Source: a bacterium (GTDB taxonomy: Bacteria > SZUA-182 > DTGQ01 > JAFGSM01). From it: 57,246 bases of DNA. The first letter of the stretch is position 1; each line of letters starts with the position of its first letter. The notes under the pieces are model-generated. The model was not told the DNA's origin. It made no database searches and saw only the letters and a list, made by a program, of their open reading frames with translations. Position numbers and translations under genes: made by a program. Positions 1 through 9,138 of this stretch are shown in pieces. The stretch lies in contig JBLIRP010000010.1 of NCBI GenBank assembly GCA_049472355.1, positions 1 through 57,246 on the forward strand, given 5' to 3'.

Positions 1-470
1 AGGCTGAATATGATGGCGATCACCAGGCCGAAGATGGCCACCACGATCAGGAGCTCGAAGAATACGATGAGAAAGAAGAGCATGCGCGCACGGCGGTTGA
101 GGTATGTGCTGGTGATCTCGGAGATGGACTTCCCCTTGTTCCGCAGGGAGATGATGAGGGAGCCGTAGTCATGGACCGCGCCCATGACGATCGCCCCCAG
201 GAAGACCCACAGGAACGCCGGGACCCAGCCCCAGATGATCCCGATCGCAGGGCCGACAATGGGGCCGGTTCCGGCGATGGAGGTAAAATGGTGCCCGAAG
301 ATGATGCCCTTTTTAGTGGGCACGTAATCGATACCGTCTTTGAACTCGTGTGACGGGACCAGGGTCTCCCTGCGTATGGCGAAGACCTTGCGGGACAGAA
401 ACCTGCCGTAGGTATGGTAGACGACGATATAGCCGAGAAAGGAAAGAACCATCAAAAGAATGGGACCCAT
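1..470 (-). CDS. cstA: Carbon starvation protein A family peptide/pyruvate transporter (5' part; runs off the window start)
   Basis: Not in the ORF track. Manual translation from ATG 470 (SD GGAGG 5 nt upstream): MGPILLMVLSFLGYIVVYHTYGRFL...DGIDYVPT...FGHHFTSIAGTGPIVGP...WGWVPAFLW...GAVHDY, the CstA signature motifs. Confidence 0.93.
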   Translation of the reverse strand, partial: MGPILLMVLSFLGYIVVYHTYGRFLSRKVFAIRRETLVPSHEFKDGIDYVPTKKGIIFGHHFTSIAGTGPIVGPAIGIIWGWVPAFLWVFLGAIVMGAVHDYGSLIISLRNKGKSISEITSTYLNRRARMLFFLIVFFELLIVVAIFGLVIAIIFS

Positions 471-487
471 GGTGTCCTCCCCCAACC

Positions 488-642
488 AAACTTTGTTAGA
501 GCGTAGCGAAGCGAAGCTACTATGCTGCCCATGCAGCTACAAAAAATCTCCGCGATTACGCATATAAAAAAACTTTGTTAGAGCGCAGCGAAGCGAAGCT
601 ACAACCAAGCTTGCCTGGCGTAGCGAAGCGAAGCACTATGTT
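488..642. repeat. Cluster of REP-like repeats containing GCG(T/C)AGCGAAGCGAAGC
   Basis: 33-bp direct repeat AAACTTTGTTAGAGCG(T/C)AGCGAAGCGAAGCTAC at 488-520 and 570-602 (1 mismatch). Third partial copy GCGTAGCGAAGCGAAGCACTATG at 618-640. Inverted GCTTCGC at 667-673. Confidence 0.85.
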
Positions 643-810
643 AGGCCCTGGAATCACCTAAAGGTCGCTTCGCCAAGAAAATTTACTTGAAACCCTCCCC
701 GCATAGCTCCATAAACATGTCTGTCCGCTTCAACATAATACAAACACAGTAATTGCCAATTGCGGGCCGCAACACTTGAAAATCATTATAGAGATTCACT
801 TTGTGCAATG

Positions 811-2484
811 TCAAGATTGGCTCCCCTGACCGGCCATAAGCCCTGTGTCAGGGGTATGATTCTCCCAGATTCTCCGTTCCATCTCGGTGAGCAGGGGATG
901 GAGCGTTGAGCGGTCAACGGCGGATATGCACACGGCATCATACCGGCGGCACACCGCTTCGGCCAGTTTTTTCTCCACGAGGTCCGTCTTGTTGAAGCAC
1001 AGCAGGGTTGGCTTGTCCTGGAGCCCGAGCTCCTTGAGGATGCGGTTGACCGATTCGATGTGATCCTCAAAAAAGGGGTTGCCGATGTCCACCACATGGA
1101 GGAGGAAATCGGCGTCCTCCAGCTCTTCCAGGGTGGCCTTGAAGGCACCTATCAGTTGCTTGGGCAGGGAGTGGATGAAGCCCACCGTATCCGTGATGAT
1201 CACCTCACGCTCACGGGGAAAACGAAGCCGGCGGGTCGCCGTATCAAGTGTTGCGAAGAGGAGGTCCTCCACAAACACGTGGCTTTCGGTAAGGGCATTG
1301 AGGAGCGTGGATTTTCCTGCGTTGGTGTAGCCGATGATGGAACATATGGGGAGTCCCGCCTTGACCCGCAACGACCGTTTCTGCCGTCTGCGCGTACTGA
1401 TTTCCTTGAGCCTTTTTTCCAGGTGTGATATGCGCTCCCTGATACGGCGCCGGTCGATCTCCAGTTTGGTCTCCCCTGGTCCGCGGCCCCCGATTCCACC
1501 CATCAGACGCGACATTGCGGTTCCCTTGCCCTTGAGTCTCGGCAACAGGTACTTCAACTGGGCCAGTTCCACCTGTACCTTTCCATCCTGGGTGTGGGCC
1601 CTTCGGGCAAAGATATCCAGGATGAGCTGGGGGCGGTCGATGACCTTCAGTTCGGTGAGGGTGCAGATATTGGTCAACTGGTCGGGGGTGAGCTCCTGAT
1701 CGAAACAGATAAGACCCGCACCGATTTGCAGGGCACGGATGACCATCTCCTGCACCTTTCCCGAACCCATCAAATAACGCGGGTTGTATTCCTGCACCCG
1801 CTGAATGATCACGTCGAGCACCTGGATATGGGCGGTCCTGGCGAGTTCCTTGAGTTCGGCAATCGATTCCTCGGCCTCCAGCCTGGATTTTGTTACCACG
1901 CTGACCAGAATGGCCCTTTCCTCGTAGCCGAGGGTATCCTGCGCCTTGGGGCTGGTGCGGTTGATCTCCTCTTCGAGGGCATTGATAAACAGGGAAAAAT
2001 CCATCGTTATATGGTGGGGTGACGAGGCGGGGAGTATTTCGTAGATCCTGCCCTCCTTGTTGGGGGGAAGGAGGTGGGCCATAAAGAGCAGGCCGGGTAA
2101 TCCCTCCGGTCCTACCTCGATCGCAGCAGTCAGATCGAATCGAAGAAGGGCAAGATCGGTGAGGTCCTGCTTGCTCAAACCATTTGCGTCGAAATGGGTG
2201 TGGATGAATCGAATACCGCGTAACCGGTTATGTCCCACGCGATAGGCCTTCAATTCGGGAAGGGAAATATTCTTCGCGTCTCCAACCACCACATAGGGGA
2301 TCTCGCCCTTTCGGTTGATGCACACCCCGATCTTCCTGCCCGTATCCAGCGAGACCTCGGTCATGTACCGGGCAAGCTCAGGGGTGACCACCTCTTCGGG
2401 TGGCACGCGACGCCGGAAAATTCGCTCTATCTTTTTGATTTGGCTGCTTTTAAGTCCGGTCAAATGACCGTATACTTTGTGAAT
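811..2484 (-). CDS. hflX: GTPase HflX (long N-terminal form); probable ATT start at 2484, ORF-track TTG start at 2463
   Basis: GYTNAGKS (G1), LFATLD (G2), DTVGF (G3), NKTD (G4), GGIGGRGPGETKLEIDRRR motif, QVELAQLKYLLPRL. Confidence 0.96.
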   Translation of the reverse strand: MHKVYGHLTGLKSSQIKKIERIFRRRVPPEEVVTPELARYMTEVSLDTGRKIGVCINRKGEIPYVVVGDAKNISLPELKAYRVGHNRLRGIRFIHTHFDANGLSKQDLTDLALLRFDLTAAIEVGPEGLPGLLFMAHLLPPNKEGRIYEILPASSPHHITMDFSLFINALEEEINRTSPKAQDTLGYEERAILVSVVTKSRLEAEESIAELKELARTAHIQVLDVIIQRVQEYNPRYLMGSGKVQEMVIRALQIGAGLICFDQELTPDQLTNICTLTELKVIDRPQLILDIFARRAHTQDGKVQVELAQLKYLLPRLKGKGTAMSRLMGGIGGRGPGETKLEIDRRRIRERISHLEKRLKEISTRRRQKRSLRVKAGLPICSIIGYTNAGKSTLLNALTESHVFVEDLLFATLDTATRRLRFPREREVIITDTVGFIHSLPKQLIGAFKATLEELEDADFLLHVVDIGNPFFEDHIESVNRILKELGLQDKPTLLCFNKTDLVEKKLAEAVCRRYDAVCISAVDRSTLHPLLTEMERRIWENHTPDTGLMAGQGSQS

Positions 2485-2649
2485 AGGCGCTCCTTTAAAC
2501 GAGAAATGAATACCATCTCGGAATCCGGGTCATTATGGCCCCGAATTGCGTTGTTCTATTACCAGAATAGCACAATTCCCCTGCCATCCACAACCGGAAC
2601 GGAGGGCACATCCCATTGCCCTTCCCTGCAGGATCGTGGGAAATTTCTA

Positions 2650-2679
2650 TTGACACCGCATATACCATTGTGTTATTTT
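2650..2679 (+). promoter_or_regulatory. Putative sigma70 promoter for the cNMP-binding gene
   Basis: TTGACA (2650-2655), 18 nt, then TATTTT (2674-2679) preceded by TGn. Confidence 0.45.
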
Positions 2680-2730
2680 GCTGTGTATTGAATTGGTGAT
2701 GGAGAGAAACAGAAGCGAGGGTGGAACAGC

Positions 2731-3186
2731 ATGAAATTGAGAGAGGTCTCCCTATTCAAGGATTTTACCGATGAACAGCTCTCGAAGGTGCGCAGTATCA
2801 CGCTCCCGGCTACCTATGCCACCCGGGAGTCCATAATCAAATATAACGACGAGAGCAACGAATTCTACATTCTCGAAGAGGGGAAGGTGCAGGTTGAGGT
2901 CCCCGTCGAGGAAGGGAAGAACATCATCTCCATTCTCCGGCCTGTTTCCATCTTCGGTGAGGTGGGACTCCTGGACGAGGCACATCGCTCCGCCTCCGTG
3001 GTGGCAACCGAACCCTGCAAGATCCTCGTCATCAAAAACAGCGACTTCCTCGTGCTTCTGGATGAAGACAAGGATATGGCCCACAAGTTTTATCGCTCCC
3101 TCGGTCAGATACTGTACAAGCGCATGTGCAAGACCACCTCGCAGCTCACCTTCTTCAAGATCGCCTACCGCTTGACGAACGATTGA
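2731..3186 (+). CDS. Stand-alone cyclic nucleotide-binding (cNMP/CAP_ED) domain protein
   Basis: FYILEEGKVQV...FGEVGLLD..HRSASVVA phosphate-binding cassette; no HTH domain follows. Confidence 0.88.
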   Translation: MKLREVSLFKDFTDEQLSKVRSITLPATYATRESIIKYNDESNEFYILEEGKVQVEVPVEEGKNIISILRPVSIFGEVGLLDEAHRSASVVATEPCKILVIKNSDFLVLLDEDKDMAHKFYRSLGQILYKRMCKTTSQLTFFKIAYRLTND

Positions 3187-3366
3187 AACGCGGCTCCGCC
3201 ACGTATCACCGTTGCAGATATTTGTCCATTGACCGAATATTTCGAGTATTCTTCCTTGCCCCCCAAGAAATGCCCCCTTGATCCTAAAAATCCCCTCTGC
3301 ATCCGCATGTCAAAATAGTGCACCCTGTCCCTGACGGCCTCATACCTGGCCGGTGGCCGGAACCTG

Positions 3367-3375
3367 TGCTATAAT
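3367..3375 (+). promoter_or_regulatory. Extended -10 promoter upstream of thiL
   Basis: TGcTATAAT perfect extended -10 about 65 nt before the thiL start. Confidence 0.5.
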
Positions 3376-3440
3376 TAAGGCGAAGTGAATAGCGGGCCAT
3401 TGTTTGCTCATGGCTCGTGATTTTTGACCCCCAGGGGAGG

Positions 3441-4496
3441 ATGATGCGCGACAAGACGATAACACACGGAGGGGAAGCGGCCCTTTTGGCCCTCATCGAA
3501 AAAGGGCTGAAGGGTGTTCCCGAGTCCCTCTCCCGCACCCCCATAAGGGTCCCGGTGGGATTCGGGGACGATGCCGCCCTGCTCGCTGTGGAGCAGGGAT
3601 TCCAGGTGCTCGTCACCACCGATCTCCTCATCGAGGATGTGCACTTCAGGAAGCGCTATGTCTCACCCGAACAGCTCGGGTACAAGGCGCTTGCGGTCAA
3701 TATGAGCGATATTGCCGCCATGGGAGGCATACCCTCGCGAGCGTTGATCGGACTGGCCCTACCCCCTTCCACACCCTTCTCGTTCGTTGAGGGGCTGTAC
3801 AACGGCATGATCAGGACCGGTCGGGAGTACGGGGTGGGCATTATCGGCGGTGACACCGTTCGCTCCCCCGGACCGGTGGTAATCGCGGTTACCATGATCG
3901 GCGCGGTGCAGGAGGCGAATGCGATCACCAGAAGCGGGGCCAGCCCGGGGGACCGGATCATGGTGACGGGCGAGTTGGGAGGGGCCATGCTGGGCCTGGA
4001 GCTTCTCGAGAAGGGGGACGGAAAGGGGAACATAGCGGACGGCCCGTGCACACGGTTTCTCCATCCCATCCCCAGGGTGCGCGAGGCCGGGATCATGGCG
4101 CGAGATCACCTGGCGACCGCGATGATCGACCTGAGTGACGGCCTAACTCAGGACCTTGCCCACCTGTGTCAGGCATCCTGCACGGGCGCACGGATCGAAG
4201 CCGGTTCCGTGCCGATCGACAGCGCGGTTGCGCGTCTGGTGAGCGGAAAGGGCGCCGATCCCTTGCGGTATGCCTTGTCGGGTGGTGAGGATTACGAGAT
4301 CCTGTTTACGGTGCGCCCCGAGAACGCGCAGTTTGCGATTGATCGTGTTCGCGCGGAAACAGGCACCCGGGTGTCCGATATCGGGGTGATATGCCCCGAG
4401 GATGAAGGAATCGCCCTTATCGATGACGAGGGAAGGGAATCGCCATTGCCCCCCGGCGGCTTCGAGCACTTTTCGTCAAAAAAGGCCGATCTTTAA
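3441..4496 (+). CDS. thiL: Thiamine-monophosphate kinase
   Basis: GFGDDAA, TTDLLIEDVHF, KALAVNMSDIAAMGG, GGDT, MIDLSDGL, GGEDYEILFT, GFEHF. ATG 3441/3444 follows GGGGAGG. Confidence 0.96.
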   Translation: MMRDKTITHGGEAALLALIEKGLKGVPESLSRTPIRVPVGFGDDAALLAVEQGFQVLVTTDLLIEDVHFRKRYVSPEQLGYKALAVNMSDIAAMGGIPSRALIGLALPPSTPFSFVEGLYNGMIRTGREYGVGIIGGDTVRSPGPVVIAVTMIGAVQEANAITRSGASPGDRIMVTGELGGAMLGLELLEKGDGKGNIADGPCTRFLHPIPRVREAGIMARDHLATAMIDLSDGLTQDLAHLCQASCTGARIEAGSVPIDSAVARLVSGKGADPLRYALSGGEDYEILFTVRPENAQFAIDRVRAETGTRVSDIGVICPEDEGIALIDDEGRESPLPPGGFEHFSSKKADL

Positions 4497-4550
4497 AACA
4501 GAGGATACAATCTTAAGAGAATAGAGGAGCAGATTCCAAATACAGAAGAT

Positions 4551-5693
4551 ATGGAACTATACGACGTAAACCGCATTGATGCGATCCTGAAATACGAATT
4601 CGGAGACATGTTTTTCCCCATGCTGCGGGGAATCCGCGGGGAAGAGGCGATCTACCAGGGCCGGCTGAAGCCCGGGTCGGGTCTCTCCCTTGAATACCTG
4701 ATCACCAGATTTCACGAACTCGGCTACAATGTGCGGGTCCTGAGCTACGAGCCCCGCGTTACCCTCATCTTTACCCACCGGGACCAGCAGCAGGCGGAAC
4801 GCCCCTCCCGCAGGCCGCAAAAATACGGACTGCATCTTGTCCTCTTTCTGCTCACCATTGTGAGCACCCTGTGGGCGGGGGCGATGCAATACAATGTGGA
4901 TATCATCAAGGAACCCCTCAAGATATGGATGGGTCTTCCCTTCTCGATCCCCCTGCTGATGATCCTGACGGCACACGAGATGGGGCATTACATCGTTTCA
5001 CTGAAACATAAGATCCTGTCCACCCTCCCCTACTTCATCCCCTTTCCCAATATCATCGGCACCATGGGTGCGATCATCAAGATGAAATCCGCAATCCCCG
5101 ACCGGAAGGCCCTCATGGACGTGGGGATGGCCGGTCCGCTTGCGGGCGCCGTCCTGGCGATTCCCACCATCATTGTGGGCCTCAAGCTCTCCACGATCTC
5201 CATGAACGCAGCCTCCGAGGCGGCCGGAGGGATCATCCTCGGGGAATCGCTCCTGTTCAAGCTCCTCACATGGCTCGTCCACGGCAGCCTTCCCTCCAGT
5301 GCCCAGATCATCATTCATCCCATTGCCTTTGCCGGATGGGTGGGGCTGCTGGTGACCTTCATGAACCTGTTCCCTGCAAGCCAGCTCGATGGCGGACACA
5401 TCTCGTACGCACTGTTCGGGCCGATGCACAAGACGATCGGAAGGATCACCTGCCTGGTGTTCGCCGTCATGGGGATATTCTACTGGCCGTGGTTTATCTG
5501 GATGCTCTTCGTATTTTTCATCGGGCTGGGACATCCCGCACCCATCAATGACAGGGAACTTGTGGATGGAAAACGGCGCATCCTGGGGATGGTATGCCTG
5601 GGGCTCTTTGTCCTCACCTGCACGCCGCGGCCCTTCTACGGTGAGCAGCTCCCCACCAGCCTCATTTCCCTCATCAGGGCATTCATGGGATAA
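4551..5693 (+). CDS. Site-2 protease family (peptidase M50) intramembrane zinc metalloprotease
   Basis: HEMGH zinc motif, AGPLAG, NLFPASQLDGGH, multiple TM segments. Confidence 0.93.
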   Translation: MELYDVNRIDAILKYEFGDMFFPMLRGIRGEEAIYQGRLKPGSGLSLEYLITRFHELGYNVRVLSYEPRVTLIFTHRDQQQAERPSRRPQKYGLHLVLFLLTIVSTLWAGAMQYNVDIIKEPLKIWMGLPFSIPLLMILTAHEMGHYIVSLKHKILSTLPYFIPFPNIIGTMGAIIKMKSAIPDRKALMDVGMAGPLAGAVLAIPTIIVGLKLSTISMNAASEAAGGIILGESLLFKLLTWLVHGSLPSSAQIIIHPIAFAGWVGLLVTFMNLFPASQLDGGHISYALFGPMHKTIGRITCLVFAVMGIFYWPWFIWMLFVFFIGLGHPAPINDRELVDGKRRILGMVCLGLFVLTCTPRPFYGEQLPTSLISLIRAFMG

Positions 5694-5699
5694 AGGGCA

Positions 5700-8600
5700 T
5701 CAGGGATAGCGGTACGCCTTTTGATAGGCGGTAAAGTAGAGAAGGAGCACGATCCGGTCAGGCGGAATCCCCTTCCACCGGGAGACCATCGAGCGGTAAG
5801 CCTCCATCTGGGGCCTGTACAGGAGCGCCTCCCTGTCCATGACCGCCCCCTCATTCCCTCCCTTGCAGCGAACGGTCTTGTAATCGACGATCCACCAGCG
5901 CGATCCGTCGAAGATGAGCCGGTCCACGATCCCCGATCGAACGACCCCCGCTTCCGGGGAATCCTCGATTCCCCATTCGGCATAGGCCTCCGGGTGCCCG
6001 CGGTCGAGGATCCATGCGCAGGTCTCCTCCTCCATACACCGGCTGACCTCTTCCAGAATGGACCGGGCAAGGGGACCTGCCTGGCCCGGACTGATGCCCT
6101 CGGCACACAGGGCCGCTGCAACCGCCGGCTCCGGGGGTACTTCCTTTTCCCCTGCCGCACCGGCAAGTATCCTGTGGGTGACGATTCCCCGCGCCCGCTC
6201 CTGTGTTGCCGGATCATGATTCCGTTCGGAGTCCTCCACCGGCCGGGGCACAAATTCCCTTGTCTCCGACGGGCTTACCACCCTGCACGGTACCGGCTCG
6301 GGGGCTATGTGAACCGGCTCCGGAAGGGGAGGGACGGCAGGGGAGGAGTACCGTTCGGAAGAGGGAGGGGGGTTGATGCATATTTCCATGCCGCAGGACC
6401 CTTCCCTCCTGATGTCGTGCTCCAGGGGAGGGGAAAGGTCCCATGCACCCATCCCCTCGTGCGCCATGACGGCGGCAAGGGGGGAATGTAGAGAGCGAGC
6501 ACGGAGCCTTCCATTGCTCCGGTTCGCCACCCCGCTCAGATGCAGGCCCCTTTTGGCGCGGGTCACGGCGACATACAGGACCCTTTTTGCCTCCGCGCAC
6601 CGCTTCCCTTCGTCCCTGGAGCGCAGGAGGCCGTAAATGGGGTCCTGCGCACCGTTTCGCCGATCCCTTCTGAGCGCCAGGAGTCCCTCGCCGTTTTTTC
6701 CGGTCTCCAGGAGATAGGGGGGCTGATCGGAGCGGCCTCCCGCCAGGGGGTTCCAGTCAAGAAAGGGGCAGAACACATGGTCGAATTCGAGCCCCTTGGC
6801 CTTGTGTACGGTCATGATGGACACCCTGCTGCGGGACGCCTCCGGGGGGCTCGGCAGGTAGGTACGCCCAAGTGATCGTTCCACCCTCTCGATCGTCTCC
6901 TCGGGGATGGTCCGGTCGGATTCCTCGATCAGATCCAGATAGCGCAGCACATTGGCAACCCCCTCCGTGCCTGTCCAGGACGCCAATGCGTATGCCCCCT
7001 CCATCTCGAGCCAGGCATCCCTGACGATGCCGGCAAGGGGATCGCGGCCCACCCTCATGCGGGCCCTCCGTATGATCTCCCACCACGGTCGCAGCCCTTC
7101 CCCTTCCTTCGTTTGCACATAATGGGTGATCCTGTCCGTCCAGGTTGCGCCCGGCTCAAGCATGATCCTGCAGAGCACTCCCGGGTTGCACCATTTCCAG
7201 GGGGCCCTGAGAAGGGCGGCACAGGCGACGTCGTCATAGGGCCGCACCAGGGCGCGCACCATGGCATGCATGCACAGCACCTCGATCCTTTCCCCCAGGG
7301 TGATCCCCTCGGTAACCATGACCGGAAGACCGATATCCCGAAATGCCTGAAGATAAAGGGAAATGCGTGTGCGGGTGAAAAGGAGGACGGCGATATCCTC
7401 CCCCTCCCCGGTCTGTGCATCCAGGTGCGCCACACCTCGGGCGAGCCATCGGGCCTCGGCAACCTGGGGGTCGGAAACCGTCTCGCCTTCACAAAAGAGG
7501 GTCAAGGAGAGGGAGTGGCCCCCTTCGATACTCGCGGTTGCAGGCGAATAGGGGACCTCGTCGATATCCTCCCGTGCATGGGCCATGACCGTGTCTTCGA
7601 ACAGGTGGTTGGTCCATTCCACCAGTCCTGGTGCTGAACGGAAATTGTGCCGGAGACTGATGGATTCAAGGGGGATGTGCCCCTGGCCCGGCACGGGCAG
7701 GCCGCTGCGGGCCTCCATGAAAAGCGACACTTCCGCCTTGCGGAAGGAGTAAATAGACTGCTTGGGATCACCCACCACAAAGAGGGTTCTCCCGTCTCCG
7801 GGAGACCATCCCGCGCACAGTCTCTGCAGGAGCTCCCACTGATTACGGCTGGTGTCCTGGAATTCATCAACCAGGATATGGCGCAGGGTGCTGTCGAGAA
7901 TCAGTTGTATGTCCGGAATCTCCGCCCTTCTGAAAACCCTCAGGCAGGCGAGCTCCAGGCCGACGAAGTCGATGATCCCCTTCTGAAGGCAGGTTTCCTG
8001 CCAGGCGGCAATGACCTCTCCCACCAGGATAACGAGGTCATGGATCGCCCGGATATGATGCCGGTCATACCCGTGCACCGGCAGCGCCCTCAGATCGTGG
8101 AGCATCTCCACCGTCTCCTGGGCAAGCGCCCTGAGCCGTGCACCCACCTCCCGGGCGACCGGGTCCTTTGCACCGGCAGGGAATTGTTTCCTCGGCGTGC
8201 CCTGCTTGGTGAGGATGCGATCGACAAGGGACTGCCATGACGGAAGGTCCTGCCAGGTAATGCCCGGCGGACCGCCGTCCTCTCCGCAATGCTGCGGCTC
8301 CAGGTATTGCACGGCCTCCCTCCAGTTTCGGGCAAGATCCGACTCCAGGAATGCCGCGCGCGTCCGTGCGATGAGCCGGGTGACCAGGTCTTCCAGGTCC
8401 TGATTGATCCTTTGCTGAAACGAATCAAGGTCCGGATGAAGGCCCACCATGCGGATCAGGTCCCCGAGGTAATCCCTTCGTTCGACCAGCCTCATGCAGT
8501 CGGAACGAAGCCGGCCCCACTGGTTGTTGCTCCTCAACAGCCAGGCCTCCAGGGCCAGCCTCCGCGGATCATCCTTGGGCAGGGAGCCGATTCCCTTCAG

Positions 8601-9083
8601 TGCGTCGTCCGTGACCTGCTCGAGTAGTTCATCATGCTCTATTCCCTCGATCACCCCGATATCGGAGGAAACCCCGGCATCGAAGGGTGAGGACCGCACA
8701 ATGGCCAGGCACAGGCTGTGAAAGGTCATGATCCTGAGCCCGTCCGGGGAATAGATGAGATGGTGATACTCCTTGTGACGCGCCAGGGCCTGCCGGGCGA
8801 CTGCATGACGCTCCCCTTCCCTCCCTTCCTCGGCGCTGCGCAGGGTATTCCAGATGCGCTGCCGCATCTCCGCAGCCGCCTTGTTGGTGAAGGTGAGCGC
8901 AAGTATCTGCAGGGGATGGTCGCATGAGGCCAGAAGCCTCAGGAACCTATCGGTCAGCAGGGTGGTCTTTCCCGCCCCTGCTGGGGATTCGCAGTGGATG
9001 CTCCGCGAGCAGTCGAGCGCGGCCTCCCGCTCCCGATGGTCGGACAGCGGCAGCGTCTCATGCAGTCCCTGCTTACTCGCCAT
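5700..9083 (-). CDS. addA: AddA/RecB-like UvrD-family helicase with C-terminal PD-(D/E)XK nuclease
   Basis: PAGAGKT Walker A, LTFTNKAAAEM, VDEFQD, VGDPKQSIYSFR, NFRS, MTVHKAKGLEF, LYVAVTRAK, C-terminal GIVDRL...IVDYKT. Confidence 0.9.
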   Translation of the reverse strand: MASKQGLHETLPLSDHREREAALDCSRSIHCESPAGAGKTTLLTDRFLRLLASCDHPLQILALTFTNKAAAEMRQRIWNTLRSAEEGREGERHAVARQALARHKEYHHLIYSPDGLRIMTFHSLCLAIVRSSPFDAGVSSDIGVIEGIEHDELLEQVTDDALKGIGSLPKDDPRRLALEAWLLRSNNQWGRLRSDCMRLVERRDYLGDLIRMVGLHPDLDSFQQRINQDLEDLVTRLIARTRAAFLESDLARNWREAVQYLEPQHCGEDGGPPGITWQDLPSWQSLVDRILTKQGTPRKQFPAGAKDPVAREVGARLRALAQETVEMLHDLRALPVHGYDRHHIRAIHDLVILVGEVIAAWQETCLQKGIIDFVGLELACLRVFRRAEIPDIQLILDSTLRHILVDEFQDTSRNQWELLQRLCAGWSPGDGRTLFVVGDPKQSIYSFRKAEVSLFMEARSGLPVPGQGHIPLESISLRHNFRSAPGLVEWTNHLFEDTVMAHAREDIDEVPYSPATASIEGGHSLSLTLFCEGETVSDPQVAEARWLARGVAHLDAQTGEGEDIAVLLFTRTRISLYLQAFRDIGLPVMVTEGITLGERIEVLCMHAMVRALVRPYDDVACAALLRAPWKWCNPGVLCRIMLEPGATWTDRITHYVQTKEGEGLRPWWEIIRRARMRVGRDPLAGIVRDAWLEMEGAYALASWTGTEGVANVLRYLDLIEESDRTIPEETIERVERSLGRTYLPSPPEASRSRVSIMTVHKAKGLEFDHVFCPFLDWNPLAGGRSDQPPYLLETGKNGEGLLALRRDRRNGAQDPIYGLLRSRDEGKRCAEAKRVLYVAVTRAKRGLHLSGVANRSNGRLRARSLHSPLAAVMAHEGMGAWDLSPPLEHDIRREGSCGMEICINPPPSSERYSSPAVPPLPEPVHIAPEPVPCRVVSPSETREFVPRPVEDSERNHDPATQERARGIVTHRILAGAAGEKEVPPEPAVAAALCAEGISPGQAGPLARSILEEVSRCMEEETCAWILDRGHPEAYAEWGIEDSPEAGVVRSGIVDRLIFDGSRWWIVDYKTVRCKGGNEGAVMDREALLYRPQMEAYRSMVSRWKGIPPDRIVLLLYFTAYQKAYRYP

Positions 9084-9138
9084 TTCCGATTCTCCTATCG
9101 CCTATGGATGCTGCCTTGTCACCCTTTATCCCAAACCG

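Noticed and set aside
488..602. CRISPR mini-array
   Set aside because: Only two full repeats, a 49-bp spacer, an irregular third copy, no cas genes, and a dispersed inverted copy elsewhere; fits a REP-like repeat better
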